Positions 49,703-64,000 of a DNA stretch of 64,000 nt are shown piece by piece. Position 1 is the stretch's first letter. Each line of letters starts with the position of its first letter. The position numbers were made by a program, and so were the translations under genes. The notes beneath the pieces are model-generated. The model was not told where the DNA came from and ran no database searches. It saw nothing but the letters and a program-made list of their open reading frames with translations. Source of the DNA: Candidatus Binatia bacterium (lineage in GTDB: Bacteria > Desulfobacterota > Binatia > UBA9968 > CAXXLF01); the NCBI GenBank assembly GCA_963664015.2, contig CAXXLF010000002.1, positions 384,001-448,000 of the forward strand, given 5' to 3'.

Positions 49703-50353
49703 TTAATATATGATGTCTCCGGTTCGCTCCCAGCGAACCCAGCGATCCTTGCCGTCCCAGGACCAGTAAATGACAAAGGCTTTTCCCTTGATGTCTTTGA
49801 AATTAACAAAGCCCCAAAACCGGCTGTCATAGCTGCGATCACGGTTGTCCCCCATGACAAAGATATGTCCCTGGGGAACCGTCCTTGGACCGTAGTTGTC
49901 CCGGCGCCGGATCCCACCATGGATGACTGGGCCGTCTTCAAAGAATGCGTGGGTATCCTTGATGAGCTCACTGTTGACGTAGACCTGCTTATCGCGGATC
50001 TCCACTTGATCACCCTCAACAGCGATAACTCTCTTGATGAAATCCTTGGTGCGGTCAACGGGGTAAACAAAGACCACCACCTCTCCGCCTTTCGGTTTAC
50101 CAAAACGTAGTGTGTAGCGTTCAAGAAATGGCATACGGATCCCATAGGCCAGCTTGTTGACCAGGATATGGTCCCCGATCTGGAGTGTGGGCAACATGGA
50201 TCCGGAGGGAATTTTGAATGCCTGGACAATGAAGGTCCGTATAAAAAGGGCCGCGATCAAGGCAATGCTTATGGCCTCGAGATATTCACGGACGACCGAC
50301 TTCCCTCGTTTTGCTGCTTCTTCCACCTCGCCAATTTCCTCCTTGCCACGCAT
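49703..50353 (-). CDS. lepB: Signal peptidase I
   Basis: IPSGSM.PTL, DFIKRVI, MGDNRDRSYDSR. Confidence 0.96.
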   Translation of the reverse strand: MRGKEEIGEVEEAAKRGKSVVREYLEAISIALIAALFIRTFIVQAFKIPSGSMLPTLQIGDHILVNKLAYGIRMPFLERYTLRFGKPKGGEVVVFVYPVDRTKDFIKRVIAVEGDQVEIRDKQVYVNSELIKDTHAFFEDGPVIHGGIRRRDNYGPRTVPQGHIFVMGDNRDRSYDSRFWGFVNFKDIKGKAFVIYWSWDGKDRWVRWERTGDIIY

Positions 50354-50379
50354 TGGGTATCTACTATAGCCGTATCGGG

Positions 50380-52173
50380 CTATACCTTCAAAGCCGCGAG
50401 AAACGCCTCCTGAGGCACCTCCACCTGACCCACCTGTTTCATTCGCCGTTTACCCTCCTTCTGTCTCTCTAGAAGCTTTCGTTTCCGAGTGATATCTCCA
50501 CCGTAACACTTGGCTGTCACGTTCTTCCTCAATGGCTTAACCACTTCACGAGCCACGATTCGGCTCCCGATGGCGGCTTGAATCACAACTTCGAACAACT
50601 GACGGGGGATCAACTCTCTCAATTTCTGAATCAGGTCTCGCCCTCGATAGTACGCCTTTTCTCGATGGATGATTAGGGACATTGCATCCACCACCTGTCC
50701 GTTGATTCGAACGTCCAACTTGACCAGATCCGCTGGCCGCATTCCGACTAGTTCGTAATCCATGGACGCGTATCCGTGGCTCAAGGATTTCAAACGATCG
50801 TAGAAATCATAAACGATCTCATTGAGCGGAAGCTCGTAGATCAGCATGACCCGTTTGGGACCCAGGTAGCGGATTTCTTTCTGAGCACCCCTCTTTTCCT
50901 CGCAAAGGCTCATGACGTTGCCTAGAAATTCCTGCGGTAAATGGATGGAGGCCTGGATGTAAGGCTCTTCAACCCGCTCGATCTCCATTTCCGCCGGGAG
51001 TTTAATGGGATTGTCAATCATCAGGGTCTCTCCTGTTCGAGTCACGATTTGATAGATAACCGTCGGAGCCGTGGTTATCAAATCGAGCCCGAATTCCCGC
51101 TCCAACCGCTCCCGAATAATATCCATGTGGAGCAGCCCGAGAAATCCGCATCGGAACCCGAATCCTAGGGCCTGGGAGGTCTCACCCTCGAACGTGAACG
51201 ACGAATCGTTCAAGCTCAGCTTTTCCAATGCCGCCCGCAAAGCCTGATACTGCCCCGAATCCGTCGGGTAGAGCCCACTGAAAACTACAGGCTTCATGGG
51301 TTTGAAACCGGGCAAGGGGTGTTGGGACGGCTGGTCCGCAAGAGTCACAGTATCACCCATTCGTGTGTCTTGGATCTCCTTAATCGCCGCCATCATGAAC
51401 CCAACCTCACCGGGCCCGAGCTCGAAAACTGCTACAGGGACCGGAGCAAATATACCCAGACCCGTGACCTCGAAGGTCTTATCGCTGGACATCATCCTGA
51501 TCCTGCTTCCCCGTTTCACGTGTCCGTCAAAGATCCGGATGAGGACAACCGCCCCATGATAGGGGTCAAACCAACTGTCAAAGATCAGGGCCCGCAAAGG
51601 GACCTCGGGATTTCCTTTTGACGGAGGAAAGCATTGAACGATTCCCTCAAGAATTTCCTCGGTGCCGATTCCCTCCTTGGCGCTGGCCAGGATCGCCTGA
51701 GAACCGTCCAGACCGATGATATCTTCGAGTTCCTGTCTCACCCGTTCCGGATCGGCGCTGGGCAGATCGATCTTGTTGATGACCGGTAGAATCGCCAGGT
51801 CGTGATCCAGAGCCAGATAGACATTTGCCACGGTCTGGGCCTCCACACCCTGGGCCGCGTCCACGACCAGGATCGCCCCCTCGCAGGCTGCCAAACTCCG
51901 CGATACCTCATAACTAAAGTCTACGTGTCCAGGGGTATCGATTAGATTTAATTTGTACTCCACGCCGTCCTTTGCCCTGTAACGGACGCACACCGGACTC
52001 GCCTTGATCGTGATTCCTCGCTCCCGCTCCAGATCCATACTGTCCAGTATCTGGTCCTTGCGCTTCCTATCGTTGGTCGCTCCCGTATATTCCAGCAAGC
52101 GATCGGCAAGGGTGGATTTGCCGTGATCGATATGGGCGATAAGGCAGAAATTCCTGATCAGGTCCGGATTCAT
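50380..52173 (-). CDS. lepA: Elongation factor 4
   Basis: [35 protein letters not shown]. Confidence 0.98.
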   Translation of the reverse strand: MNPDLIRNFCLIAHIDHGKSTLADRLLEYTGATNDRKRKDQILDSMDLERERGITIKASPVCVRYRAKDGVEYKLNLIDTPGHVDFSYEVSRSLAACEGAILVVDAAQGVEAQTVANVYLALDHDLAILPVINKIDLPSADPERVRQELEDIIGLDGSQAILASAKEGIGTEEILEGIVQCFPPSKGNPEVPLRALIFDSWFDPYHGAVVLIRIFDGHVKRGSRIRMMSSDKTFEVTGLGIFAPVPVAVFELGPGEVGFMMAAIKEIQDTRMGDTVTLADQPSQHPLPGFKPMKPVVFSGLYPTDSGQYQALRAALEKLSLNDSSFTFEGETSQALGFGFRCGFLGLLHMDIIRERLEREFGLDLITTAPTVIYQIVTRTGETLMIDNPIKLPAEMEIERVEEPYIQASIHLPQEFLGNVMSLCEEKRGAQKEIRYLGPKRVMLIYELPLNEIVYDFYDRLKSLSHGYASMDYELVGMRPADLVKLDVRINGQVVDAMSLIIHREKAYYRGRDLIQKLRELIPRQLFEVVIQAAIGSRIVAREVVKPLRKNVTAKCYGGDITRKRKLLERQKEGKRRMKQVGQVEVPQEAFLAALKV

Positions 52174-53096
52174 GCCGACGTCCTCTGACGATAGTAAGCA
52201 AGGGTATTTTCCAGTCCGGCCTCCAGGGGGGTACGCGGGACCCCCCCCAGCTTGCGTGCGGCGTGGGAGGAATCCAGGGAACTGCGCATTTGCTCGCCGA
52301 CCTTGGCGGGACCGTGAACGGCTGAGAGTTTGGAGCCCGTATTTTCTTTTAGGAGTGAAACCAGAGTCAAAACATCCGTCTCGCGGCCCGTACCTATATT
52401 GACCGGACCGCGCAGCTCGGTCTCCAGCGCCAGGATATTAGCTTCAACCAGGTCACCCACGTAAACATAATCCCGGGTTTGCTTACCATCGCCGTGAATC
52501 GTAGGCCCTTCGCCGCTGAGCAATTTTCCTATAAAGATCGCCACCACTCCCGCCTCTCCGGTAGACAGCTCCCTGGGTCCGTAGACCTTGCTGTACCGCA
52601 GGGCCACGTATGGAATCCCGTGGGTCTGCTCGTAGTAAGAGAGGTAATGCTCGCCAGCCAACTTGCTCACGCCGTAGGGACTTGTAGGCCGGGTCGCGTG
52701 ATCCTCGGTTGCGGGGACCCTTTCCTGTTCGCCGTAGATCGCACCCTCGGAGGAGCCAAAGATAACTCGATTGCCCCCTGCACCTTTGCTAGCCTCCAAC
52801 AGGTAGATCAATCCCAAGATGTTGATTTGGGCGTCGAATTGTCGATCCGCCACGGATCGCCGGACATCCATTTGAGCCGCATGGTGGCAAAAGACATCCG
52901 GCGAGATCTTTGAGAGAACCTCTGGGATCTTGGGATCCAGGATATCCAGAGGGTAGAAGGAAACTTTTTTGTTTAGGTTCCTCTCGCTTCCCGTAGAGCA
53001 ATTATCGATGACCCTGACCTCGTGTCCCCTTTCGATGTAGGCGTCGGCGATATGAGAGCCGATAAATCCGGCTCCACCAGTGACAACGATCTTCAT
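52170..53096 (-). CDS. NAD-dependent epimerase (UDP-glucose 4-epimerase-like)
   Basis: [24 protein letters not shown]. Confidence 0.88.
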   Translation of the reverse strand: MKIVVTGGAGFIGSHIADAYIERGHEVRVIDNCSTGSERNLNKKVSFYPLDILDPKIPEVLSKISPDVFCHHAAQMDVRRSVADRQFDAQINILGLIYLLEASKGAGGNRVIFGSSEGAIYGEQERVPATEDHATRPTSPYGVSKLAGEHYLSYYEQTHGIPYVALRYSKVYGPRELSTGEAGVVAIFIGKLLSGEGPTIHGDGKQTRDYVYVGDLVEANILALETELRGPVNIGTGRETDVLTLVSLLKENTGSKLSAVHGPAKVGEQMRSSLDSSHAARKLGGVPRTPLEAGLENTLAYYRQRTSA

Positions 53097-53101
53097 AACC
53101 C

Positions 53102-54040
53102 CTAGGCCCTCAGCCGATCCTGGAAATACTGGATGGTCTTTTTCAGCCCTGCATCCAGGGATACCCGGGGTTGCCATCCAAGGATCTCCTTTGCCTTGGA
53201 AATATCCGGTTGGCGGACCTGGGGATCGTCCTGGGGCAGGGGGCGATAGATAATGGAGCTTCTAGAGCCGGTGAGATCGAGGACCTTTTTCGCAAAATCC
53301 ACAACTGTCATCTCCTGAGGGTTTCCAATGTTGACTGGAAGGTGGTAATCGGACTGGAGCAGCTTGTGGAGCCCTTCCACGAGATCATCGATGTATTGAA
53401 AACTTCTCGTCTGCTGTCCCTTTCCGTATACCGTCAGATCTTCCCCCCTGAGAGCCTGAGTAATGAAATTTGGAACCACTCGTCCATCTTTCATCCTCAT
53501 CCTGGGACCGTAGGTGTTAAAGATTCGAACTATTCGTGTATCCAGTGAATGAAACTGGTGATAAGCCATGGTGATGGCCTCAGCAAACCGCTTGGCCTCG
53601 TCATAAACACCGCGCGGGCCGATAGGATTCACGTTACCCCAATAGTCTTCCCGCTGGGGCTTGACCAGGGGGTCCCCATATACCTCTGAGGTCGAAGCCA
53701 AAAGAAAAACGACTTTTTTGGATTTGGCTAGGCCCAGGGCGTTGTGGGTCCCCAGGGAGCCCACCTTAAGGGTCTGGATCGGCATTTCCAGATAGTCCTC
53801 GGGACTCGCAGGTGAAGCAAAATGGAGGACCAGATCGAGAGGCCCATCCACTTGGATGAACCGGGTCACATCCTGCTGGACAAAGGTGAAACGGGGATGG
53901 GAGGAGAATGGGGCAATATTTTCAGGGCTGCCGGTTGAGACATTGTCCATACAAACAACCTCATCCCCCTGCTCCAAAAAACTCTCACAGAGATGAGAGC
54001 CGATGAAACCCACGCCCCCGGTGATCAATACCCTAGCCAT
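53102..54040 (-). CDS. uxs: UDP-glucuronate decarboxylase (UDP-xylose synthase) family
   Basis: [38 protein letters not shown]. Confidence 0.92.
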   Translation of the reverse strand: MARVLITGGVGFIGSHLCESFLEQGDEVVCMDNVSTGSPENIAPFSSHPRFTFVQQDVTRFIQVDGPLDLVLHFASPASPEDYLEMPIQTLKVGSLGTHNALGLAKSKKVVFLLASTSEVYGDPLVKPQREDYWGNVNPIGPRGVYDEAKRFAEAITMAYHQFHSLDTRIVRIFNTYGPRMRMKDGRVVPNFITQALRGEDLTVYGKGQQTRSFQYIDDLVEGLHKLLQSDYHLPVNIGNPQEMTVVDFAKKVLDLTGSRSSIIYRPLPQDDPQVRQPDISKAKEILGWQPRVSLDAGLKKTIQYFQDRLRA

Positions 54041-55337
54041 CACGTCTTCCAATACAATAATAGGCGAATCCCGTCTTCTTCATCTCCTCCGGGTCATAGA
54101 TATTGCGTCCGTCAAATATCACGGGTTTCTTGAGCAGTTCCTTGATACGTTGAAAATTCGGGCGACGGAATTCGTTCCACTCGGTAATGATGATAAGGGC
54201 ATCGGCCCCTTTCAAAGCATCGTAGTTCCGTTTGGCATTCTGAATACGATTACCAAAAATCCTTTTCGCCGCCTGGCCCGCCTCGGGATCGTAGGCCTGG
54301 ACTCGAGCCCCGGCCTTGAGGAGGGCCTCGATGACCACAATAGAGGGAGCTTCCCGCATATCGTCGGTTCGTGGTTTGAAGGACAGTCCCCATACGCCAA
54401 AGGTAAGGCCCGTGAGCTTAGGACCGAAATGGCTCTGGATTTTCTCTACCAGCAAGCGTTTCTGCTCTTCGTTAACCTGTTCGACGGCACGAAGCAAAGG
54501 CATCTTCAATGCCGGGTTTCCCATGCTGATCATCGCACGGATATCTTTGGGAAAACACGACCCCCCATAGCCAACGCCGGGAAAGATGAAATGAGGACCA
54601 ATGCGCTGGTCCAGTCCAAGGACACGGCGCACCTGGTTGATATCGGCTCCGACATTTTCGCATAGGATCGATACTTCGTTGATAAAAGAGATCTTGGTCG
54701 CAAGCATGGCATTGGAGCCGTATTTGCTCATCTCGGCACTGCGGGCGTCCATAACAAGAATCGGATTGCCGGTACGCACGAAGGGTTCGTAGATTCCCTG
54801 AACGATTTCCAAGGCTTCTGGATCATCTCCGCCCAGAACCACACGATCGGGCTTCATAAAATCGTCAACTGCTGCCCCCTCTTTGAGAAACTCGGGGTTG
54901 GAAACGACGGCGAGCGGATGCAAGGTCTCGGCCCTCATAAGGGCCGCAACCTGTTCCGCCGTGCCCACCGGAACCGTGCTCTTGTTCACAATCACCTTTT
55001 TCTCGGTCATGCCCCGAGCCACGGCCTTGGCCGTGGCCAGTACCTGATCGATCTGCGGGCTCCCATCTGGTCCCTGCGGAGTTCCCACGGCAATGAAAAT
55101 CAACTGGGACCCAGCCACCGCGGCCTTGAGGTCAAGTGTAAAGGAAAGCCTCTGCTCATCGATGTTCCTTTTTACCAACTCGCCGAGCCCTGGTTCATAA
55201 AAAGGGACCGATCCCTTTTTCAACGAGGCAATCTTCTTTTCATCGACATCGACGCAAACCACATCGTTCCCGCTCTCCGCAAAGCAGGTTCCTGCCACCA
55301 ACCCCACGTACCCGGTTCCGATCACGGCCAAGTTCAT
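54033..55337 (-). CDS. ugd: UDP-glucose 6-dehydrogenase
   Basis: [30 protein letters not shown]. Confidence 0.95.
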   Translation of the reverse strand: MNLAVIGTGYVGLVAGTCFAESGNDVVCVDVDEKKIASLKKGSVPFYEPGLGELVKRNIDEQRLSFTLDLKAAVAGSQLIFIAVGTPQGPDGSPQIDQVLATAKAVARGMTEKKVIVNKSTVPVGTAEQVAALMRAETLHPLAVVSNPEFLKEGAAVDDFMKPDRVVLGGDDPEALEIVQGIYEPFVRTGNPILVMDARSAEMSKYGSNAMLATKISFINEVSILCENVGADINQVRRVLGLDQRIGPHFIFPGVGYGGSCFPKDIRAMISMGNPALKMPLLRAVEQVNEEQKRLLVEKIQSHFGPKLTGLTFGVWGLSFKPRTDDMREAPSIVVIEALLKAGARVQAYDPEAGQAAKRIFGNRIQNAKRNYDALKGADALIIITEWNEFRRPNFQRIKELLKKPVIFDGRNIYDPEEMKKTGFAYYCIGRRDG

Positions 55338-56296
55338 GAGAATTTCCCCTCATCTGCCCGATCCAGGATCTCCCGGATGGCAAAGATCGGCCGGTCTTGA
55401 GATTCGTAATAGGTTCGGGCCAGCATCTCCCCCAGCAGCCCCATGGTAATGAATTGGAAGCCAATCATCATCAGCAGGACGGCAAGCAGCAGTAAGGGTC
55501 GTCCCCCAATTTCGACCCCGTAAAGGAGCTTCTGCAACGTCAAAGACAAGGCAATGAAGAATCCCGCTCCCCCGCTCAATAGACCCATGAGACCGAAAAT
55601 GTGCAATGGCCGTGTTCCATAGCTCATAAGAAACTTCACCGTCATGAGATCGAGAATCACTCGAAAGGTCCGCACCAGGTTGTACTTTGACTTTCCCCGC
55701 TCCCGCGCACGGTGATTGACCTTGATCTCAGCCACGCGGGCGCCTCGCTCATAGGCGATGGCAGGGATAAATCGGTGCATCTCTCCGTAGAGTCTGATGT
55801 CCTTGGCCAGATCACGTCGCAATGCCTTGAGTGTGCAACCATAATCATGCAGCTTTACTCGGGTCATCCACGAGATCAGCCAATTGGCCAAATAGGATGG
55901 GATCCGCCGAGTCAAAAGCGGATCGCGACGTGGCAAGCGCCATCCGTTGACCAGATCGAACCCTGCGTCAATTTTTTCCAGGAGAGCGGGGATGTCCTTG
56001 GGATCGTTCTGCCCGTCTCCATCCATGAAGACAAGGATTCTACCCTTGGCATGGGAGATCCCCGCCGCCATAGCGGCCGTTTGTCCGAAGTTTCGCCGCA
56101 ACCCTAAAACCTTGACTCGAGAATCCTGCCGGTGGAGCTCCGAAAGGGCTGCGAAGGTCCCGTCGGTGCTCCCATCGTCAACGAAGACAATCTCGACTTC
56201 CTTCTCAAGGGATCCGATAATCGAGATAATCTCTCGGCTCACCGGTGCGACGTTTTCCTCCTCGTTATAAACGGGGACCACTATGGATAGGTCCAT
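55334..56296 (-). CDS. GT2 polyprenyl-phosphate glycosyltransferase (ArnC/GtrB-like)
   Basis: VVPVYNE, VDDGSTD, RNFGQTAA, MDGDGQNDP, two C-terminal TM helices. Confidence 0.9.
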   Translation of the reverse strand: MDLSIVVPVYNEEENVAPVSREIISIIGSLEKEVEIVFVDDGSTDGTFAALSELHRQDSRVKVLGLRRNFGQTAAMAAGISHAKGRILVFMDGDGQNDPKDIPALLEKIDAGFDLVNGWRLPRRDPLLTRRIPSYLANWLISWMTRVKLHDYGCTLKALRRDLAKDIRLYGEMHRFIPAIAYERGARVAEIKVNHRARERGKSKYNLVRTFRVILDLMTVKFLMSYGTRPLHIFGLMGLLSGGAGFFIALSLTLQKLLYGVEIGGRPLLLLAVLLMMIGFQFITMGLLGEMLARTYYESQDRPIFAIREILDRADEGKFS

Positions 56297-56434
56297 CACA
56301 TCCAGTCCATTCCTCTTAGGTTTTATCCAAGAAGTCAGCGGTCGTACCTTCCGGGGGCACACCGGCCTAAGACTTCTAGTATACATAAGATTTGCCAGGA
56401 TCGCATAGAGAATACGGATCCAGCGAATGGGAAA

Positions 56435-57340
56435 TCAGGTATGAAAGTCTGTCAGTTCGAGAAAGCGGTGGTATCGCTCCTCGATCTGCTCGAGGGTGAG
56501 TGCCACCATTCTTTCCATGCCAAAGGCCTCAACATTGAAGGAAGCGGCCACGCTTCCATAAGCAATGGCTCGGCGCAGCCCTCGCTCGCTGTGATCGCCG
56601 GTTCGGGCAAGATAGCCCATAAACCCGCCGGCGAAGGAGTCGCCCGCGCCTGTCGGGTCGCAGACCTCCTCAAGAGGATAGGCGGGAGTAGCAAAGAGGG
56701 ACGAATCGGAGAATTGGAGCACTCCGTATTCACCTCTCTTTATCAGCAGCACCTTGGGACCCATCTTAAGTATAGAGCGGGCAGCCCGAACTACGTTATG
56801 CTCGCCGGAAAGGAGTTTAGCCTCCGAATCGTTGATGACCAGTATCTCAACTCGCTGCAGCACCTTCCTGAGTTCCGGGAGGCTCTCTTGAATCCAGTGA
56901 TCCATAGTATCGCAGGCCACCAGGCGGGTGTTTTTCAACTGGTTCAAGACCTCCATCTGCATGGTGGGGTCGATGTTGCCAAGAAAGACGTATTGGGTAT
57001 CCTTGTAGGTTTCGGGCAGACGGGGAACGAATCCGGAAAGCACATTAAGGTGAAGTTCCAATGTGTCGCGTACATTCAAGTCCTCGTGATATCGGCCGCG
57101 CCAGTGAAAGGTTTCCCCCTTCTCGGTCTTTAGCCCCTGGAGATCGATCCCCTTTTGGGTAAGGAGCTCCACGTACTCAGTAGGGAAATCCTCACCAATC
57201 ACACCGACAATTTGCACCGGGTTGAAAGAGCTTGCGGTCATGGCAAAATAAGCCGCCGATCCGCCCAGGATCCTTTCCGCAGAACCGAATGGGGTCTCGA
57301 TAGAATCAAAAGCAACCGTACCGACAACAAGAACACTCAT
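56435..57340 (-). CDS. PfkB-family sugar/nucleoside kinase
   Basis: GGSAAY, DPTGAGDSFAGG. Confidence 0.92.
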   Translation of the reverse strand: MSVLVVGTVAFDSIETPFGSAERILGGSAAYFAMTASSFNPVQIVGVIGEDFPTEYVELLTQKGIDLQGLKTEKGETFHWRGRYHEDLNVRDTLELHLNVLSGFVPRLPETYKDTQYVFLGNIDPTMQMEVLNQLKNTRLVACDTMDHWIQESLPELRKVLQRVEILVINDSEAKLLSGEHNVVRAARSILKMGPKVLLIKRGEYGVLQFSDSSLFATPAYPLEEVCDPTGAGDSFAGGFMGYLARTGDHSERGLRRAIAYGSVAASFNVEAFGMERMVALTLEQIEERYHRFLELTDFHT

Positions 57341-57377
57341 AATTTAGCCTCTTAACAAATGGGTCTTCCGTAAATTC

Positions 57378-58238
57378 TTAAACATACTTATCAATAAGCA
57401 ACCCCAAGTCCTTACGGGTCTTCTTGGGGATCCGACGACCCTCGGTCAGAATGGCGTCCTGCAAGGAGGTGGCGCATGGGCAGGAACGGGTCTCTGGAAA
57501 ATAACCTATAGCCCGAGCAATGATCTGTTGCGCCAGCCGCGCGTTCTTTTGTAGAACCCTGATGACTTCTTCGATCTCCACATCTCCGGCGGACTCATTC
57601 CAGCAGTCATAATCGGTGGCCAGGGCTATGGTCACGAAACAGATCTCCGCTTCGCGTGCCAGTTTAGCCTCCTGCAGATTGGTCATACCGATCACGTGGG
57701 CACCCCAGCTTCGATAGAGATGGGATTCGGCACGGGTGGAGAACTGGGGTCCCTCCATGCATACGTAGGTTCCTTTGGGATGAATCTGTGCCCCTTCTTC
57801 TTCACCGGCACGGATAACTGCCTTTCGCAGCTCCCCGCACACAGGGTCAGCAAAGGCCACATGAGCCACTAACCCTCTCCCAAAAAAGGTGCTGGGTCGC
57901 TGGCTGGTACGGTCGATGAATTGATCGGGAATAACGATATGTCCGGGGGCGATCTCTTCACGCAAACTGCCAACACTTCCAATGGCTATGATTTGCTCAA
58001 CACCGAGTTTTTTCATACCAAAAATGTTTGCGCGAAAATTTAGCTCGGTTGGCAGAATCCGATGTCCCTTGCCGTGACGCAGGAGAAAAACCAAATCAGT
58101 TCCCCCGATGGTTCCCCTGATGAAAGAGTCGGAAGGCCTTCCAAAGGGGGTCGTTACCCTGACCTCCCTCACCTTCTTCAAACCCTCCATCTGGTATAGT
58201 CCTGTCCCCCCAATAATCCCGACCATCCGCTTTCCCAT
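57378..58238 (-). CDS. mtnP: S-methyl-5'-thioadenosine phosphorylase
   Basis: GIIGGTG, RHGKGH, EGPQFSTRAES, TDYDCW. Confidence 0.94.
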   Translation of the reverse strand: MGKRMVGIIGGTGLYQMEGLKKVREVRVTTPFGRPSDSFIRGTIGGTDLVFLLRHGKGHRILPTELNFRANIFGMKKLGVEQIIAIGSVGSLREEIAPGHIVIPDQFIDRTSQRPSTFFGRGLVAHVAFADPVCGELRKAVIRAGEEEGAQIHPKGTYVCMEGPQFSTRAESHLYRSWGAHVIGMTNLQEAKLAREAEICFVTIALATDYDCWNESAGDVEIEEVIRVLQKNARLAQQIIARAIGYFPETRSCPCATSLQDAILTEGRRIPKKTRKDLGLLIDKYV

Positions 58239-58354
58239 GGCTATCTACTTTCTCAGTACAGTGGACTGGTGCCGCCTGGGAGCACCCACAGTCGGTTCCC
58301 AGTCCATCTCCATAGGGATGATTACCAAACTGGGTCTTCCAGTGAATCTTGAAG

Positions 58355-58777
58355 TTAACCGCAAAGGTCTTTCGGTTCGAAGAAGAAGGCAATCTCCTGA
58401 GCGGCCGTTTCCGGTCCGTCGGAACCATGAACCGAATTCTTCTCTATGTCCACGCCCCATTGATGACGAATTGTCCCTTCAGCCGCCTTGGCGGGGTCTG
58501 TAGCGCCCATGATTTCTCGATTCTTAGAAATCGCACCCTCACCTTCCAACACGGACACGAAAACGGCTCCCGAGGACATGTAATCGGTGAGACTTGAAAA
58601 AAAAGGCCGTTCCTTATGGACTGCATAGAACCCTTCAGCCCGTTCCTTGCTCAATCGAATCAATCGGCCAGCGACGATCTTCAGACCCGCTGCTTCGAAC
58701 TTCCGTAGTATCTCCCCGATGAGATCTCGGGCAACGGCCTCCGGTTTGATGATAGAGAGAGTTCTCTCGATAGCCAC
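58355..58777 (-). CDS. ndk: Nucleoside-diphosphate kinase
   Basis: [22 protein letters not shown]. Confidence 0.97.
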   Translation of the reverse strand: MAIERTLSIIKPEAVARDLIGEILRKFEAAGLKIVAGRLIRLSKERAEGFYAVHKERPFFSSLTDYMSSGAVFVSVLEGEGAISKNREIMGATDPAKAAEGTIRHQWGVDIEKNSVHGSDGPETAAQEIAFFFEPKDLCG

Positions 58778-58778
58778 T

Positions 58779-59648
58779 TTACTTCATCACCTCCTGTACA
58801 GTCTGACCGATGAGTGCGAGCGACGGTGCCAGACGGACACCGGCCCTCTGCAAGGCTTCCATTTTATCCTGCGCCGTGCCTTTTCCCCCTGCAATGATTG
58901 CGCCCGCATGTCCCATGCGCTTTCCCGAGGGAGCTGTCTGGCCCACAATAAAACCAACAACCGGCTTTTTCATGTTCTGTTCGATCCACAGCGCCGCTTC
59001 CTCCTCCGAACTCCCCCCGATCTCCCCAATCATGACCACCCCTTGGGTATCTGCATCCCCATTGAACAACTTCAGCACGTCAATGAAGCCTATACCCCGA
59101 ACCGGATCGCCACCGATACCGATACAGGTGGATTGTCCCATTCCCAAGCGAGTCAGCTGGTCTACGGCTTCATAAGTAAGCGTTCCACTGCGCGAGACCA
59201 CACCGATAGACCCAGGCTTATGAATATGCCCTGGCATAATTCCAATCTTGCACTGACCCGGCGTAATAGCTCCAGGACAATTGGGACCGAGGAACCGAGT
59301 GCTCTTACCGTGCAGGACCCGCTTGACCCGCACCATGTCAATTACGGGAATTCCCTCTGTGATACAGATGACAAGCTCCACGCCCGCGGCCACCGCTTCC
59401 ATAATGGCATCAGCGGCAAAGGCTGGGGGCACATAAATCACACTCGTGTTGGCCCCCGTAGCGGTCACTGCATCTTCGACCGTATCGAAGATAGGAATCC
59501 CTTCGAAGGAGCCTCCACCCTTACCCGGGGTGACCCCGGCAACCATCTGGGTCCCGTACTCTTTACAGGCCCGCGTATGGAATTGGCCCGTAGATCCCGT
59601 GATGCCCTGGGTCAGGACCCGTGTATTTTTGTCGACTAGAACTGACAT
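58779..59648 (-). CDS. sucD: Succinyl-CoA synthetase alpha subunit
   Basis: [27 protein letters not shown]. Confidence 0.97.
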   Translation of the reverse strand: MSVLVDKNTRVLTQGITGSTGQFHTRACKEYGTQMVAGVTPGKGGGSFEGIPIFDTVEDAVTATGANTSVIYVPPAFAADAIMEAVAAGVELVICITEGIPVIDMVRVKRVLHGKSTRFLGPNCPGAITPGQCKIGIMPGHIHKPGSIGVVSRSGTLTYEAVDQLTRLGMGQSTCIGIGGDPVRGIGFIDVLKLFNGDADTQGVVMIGEIGGSSEEEAALWIEQNMKKPVVGFIVGQTAPSGKRMGHAGAIIAGGKGTAQDKMEALQRAGVRLAPSLALIGQTVQEVMK

Positions 59649-59664
59649 AACTTTTTTATCGCCT

Positions 59665-60864
59665 TCAGGTCCGCTGCGCAGAACGCACATACGCCCTGGA
59701 CCCTGATTCCCTGGCCGCCTTCACGATTCTTTCCGCCGCCTCGGTCATGGTATCAGCCGAAATGATCGATAGGCTCGATTCAGCGAATATCTGTTTGCCC
59801 CGCTCTACGTTGGTCCCTTGCAGCCGAACCACCAGGGGGATCTTGACGCCGATTTCGGTGGCTGCCTGTACGATACCCTCGGCGATAATGTCGCATTTCA
59901 TAATTCCACCAAAGATGTTGACCAGGACCCCCTGGACCCTTTCATCGGCGAGAATGATTCTGAAAGCCTGTGCCACCCGTTCCTTGTCCGCTCCTCCACC
60001 GACATCCAGGAAGTTAGCCGGTTCACCTCCGAAGAGTTTGATAATATCCATGGTCGCCATCGCTAAACCGGCACCGTTAACCATGCAACCAATGTTACCG
60101 TTCAAAGAGATGTAAGACAGGCTGTACTTGGACGCTTCGAGTTCCTTAGCGTCCTCCTCATCGGCATCTCTCAAGGCGGCAATCTGCGGCTGCCGCGGGA
60201 GGGCATTATCGTCGAAATTCATCTTTGCATCGAGAGCCAAAAGTCGGCCGTCACCCGTGATGACTAACGGGTTAATCTCCAACAGTGAGCAATCACAATC
60301 CATGTACGCCTTGACCAGTCCCTGCAGCATGGGGCCAAGCAATTTGATTTTATCCGCGGAGAGGCCCAGGCGGTATCCCAGGCGTCTAATTTGGTAAGGG
60401 AACAGGCCGACGGCCGGATCGATGGCTTCACGAATGATCTTTTCAGGGCTCTTCTTGGCAACCTCCTCGATCTCAACCCCTCCCTCGGCGCACGCAACCA
60501 CAGACGGGCGGGACAACGAAGTGTCTAAGGCAACTCCTAGATAGAGCTCCGAGACGATATCGCATCCCTGCTCTACCAACACCCGCTTGACCACTTTCCC
60601 CTCAGGCCCAGTCTGGTGTGTGACCAGATTCATTCCGATCATCTTACCGGCCAGTTCCTTCGCCTCGACCGCACTCTTTGCCAGTTTGACCCCGCCTCCT
60701 TTGCCTCTACCACCGGCATGGATCTGGGCCTTGACCACACAGGGACTTCCCAGTTCCTCCGCCGCGATGAAGGCCTCATCCGGTGTCGTAGCCATCCTTC
60801 CCTTGGGGACTGGCACACCGAAGCGGGCAAGAATCTCCTTTGCCTGAAATTCGTGGATATTCAT
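59665..60864 (-). CDS. sucC: Succinyl-CoA synthetase beta subunit
   Basis: [40 protein letters not shown]. Confidence 0.97.
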   Translation of the reverse strand: MNIHEFQAKEILARFGVPVPKGRMATTPDEAFIAAEELGSPCVVKAQIHAGGRGKGGGVKLAKSAVEAKELAGKMIGMNLVTHQTGPEGKVVKRVLVEQGCDIVSELYLGVALDTSLSRPSVVACAEGGVEIEEVAKKSPEKIIREAIDPAVGLFPYQIRRLGYRLGLSADKIKLLGPMLQGLVKAYMDCDCSLLEINPLVITGDGRLLALDAKMNFDDNALPRQPQIAALRDADEEDAKELEASKYSLSYISLNGNIGCMVNGAGLAMATMDIIKLFGGEPANFLDVGGGADKERVAQAFRIILADERVQGVLVNIFGGIMKCDIIAEGIVQAATEIGVKIPLVVRLQGTNVERGKQIFAESSLSIISADTMTEAAERIVKAARESGSRAYVRSAQRT

Positions 60865-60949
60865 AATTTGATGGGCGAATAGGGAATAGCAGACAGCAAA
60901 TGGAAGGGGAAGAGGCTGGGTCTATTCACGATATGCCATTCGCAATTTG

Positions 60950-63180
<2,231 letters not shown>

Positions 63181-63666
63181 AGCGTCCTTTTTTTTTAAAA
63201 CCGAATTACCTCGGGCAATAAAAAAGACCAAGGAATCCAATTTAGGCGGCATTGTTGCTAAAGATGAAAAGCCGCCGCTTCTCGTTTCCCGTATTAGGTT
63301 GAGCCCTTCATCGGTAGGATCTTAGGCTACATTGTGAGAAAAAAACCAAACCCGTTGGGTTTACAGCGCTTTTATTATCCGATTTAGAGATTCGTGTCAA
63401 CCCCGGAGCAGGACTGGAGCACAAACAATGGGCCTCAAAAAACCCTCGATACGACATTGTATCAAAGTAATGGCCACACCCTTTATAACCCCGTTTCTCT
63501 CCTATTGGGCTTGAATCCACTCCAGCCAAGGATTATATTCAAAGGAATTTGAATTTTGCTTCTATGATTAGAAGCTTCAGCGTTACGTTCGGCGAGGCTG
63601 CATGAGGCGTAGATTCAATCGTTTTTACAACCGAAGCAATTTCAAATCGGGGCTAAGGAGTCAATT

Positions 63667-64000
63667 TTGGGCGTCGTCTTGCGTCGGGTATCCAAATCCT
63701 ACGGCTTCTTTTGGGCCTTAAGAGAGATTGATCTTACCTTTAATAAAGGCGACTGCGTGGCGCTGCTTGGCCCCAACGGAGCAGGAAAAACCACGTTGCT
63801 CAAACTCCTCTCGGCCCTGCTCTACCCCACATCCGGTGAGATAGAGGTCGATGGACAGACGTTGAAACAAGGGAACCTTCAAGCCCGCTCGACGGTCGGC
63901 CTTCTTTCTCCCGACGGACAGATTTACGACAAGCTAACTGCCAAGGAAAACCTTCAGTTCTTTACCGCCTTGTCGGGAAACAATTTCAGCCCGAGAGACC
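63667..64000 (+). CDS. ABC transporter ATP-binding protein (CcmA-like), partial
   Basis: AAGGAG RBS, TTG start, GPNGAGKTT Walker A; runs off the right edge. Confidence 0.8.
   Translation, partial: MGVVLRRVSKSYGFFWALREIDLTFNKGDCVALLGPNGAGKTTLLKLLSALLYPTSGEIEVDGQTLKQGNLQARSTVGLLSPDGQIYDKLTAKENLQFFTALSGNNFSPRD

Overview
Bacterial chromosomal window; the gene repertoire resembles Candidatus Binatia/deltaproteobacteria-like genomes, which is an inference from protein families only. Layout: (1) 1-22.4 kb is mixed housekeeping: an imuA-imuB-dnaE2 mutagenesis cassette, msrB, a nucleotidyltransferase-TPM-LemA cluster, an NhaP antiporter, gloB, FIST, VWA, ferredoxin, Memo, suhB and tRNA-Arg(CCG). (2) 22.5-49.3 kb is an accessory block rich in aromatic-catabolism paralogs (4 Rieske oxygenase alpha subunits, 3 PhtD-like proteins, a dihydrodiol dehydrogenase, 2 cupins, a TPP enzyme, a GST, xanthine-dehydrogenase small subunits), with an IS inserted in one Rieske gene, a decayed IS1595 and many pseudogenes. 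(3) 49.7-64 kb is a core run: lepB, lepA, nucleotide-sugar genes, mtnP, ndk, sucCD, mdh, icd. The top finding is a cobalamin-independent methionine synthase II-like gene (10879-11997) that the ORF track splits in two. It carries an in-frame TGA exactly at the Zn-ligand Cys of the H-x-C-R-G-N motif, followed 11 nt later by a SECIS-like hairpin, so it is probably a selenoprotein. It lies just upstream of a heme-oxygenase-like diiron enzyme gene. Intergenic regions also hold a dispersed family of modular 7/9-mer tandem repeats with nested REP-like palindromes.
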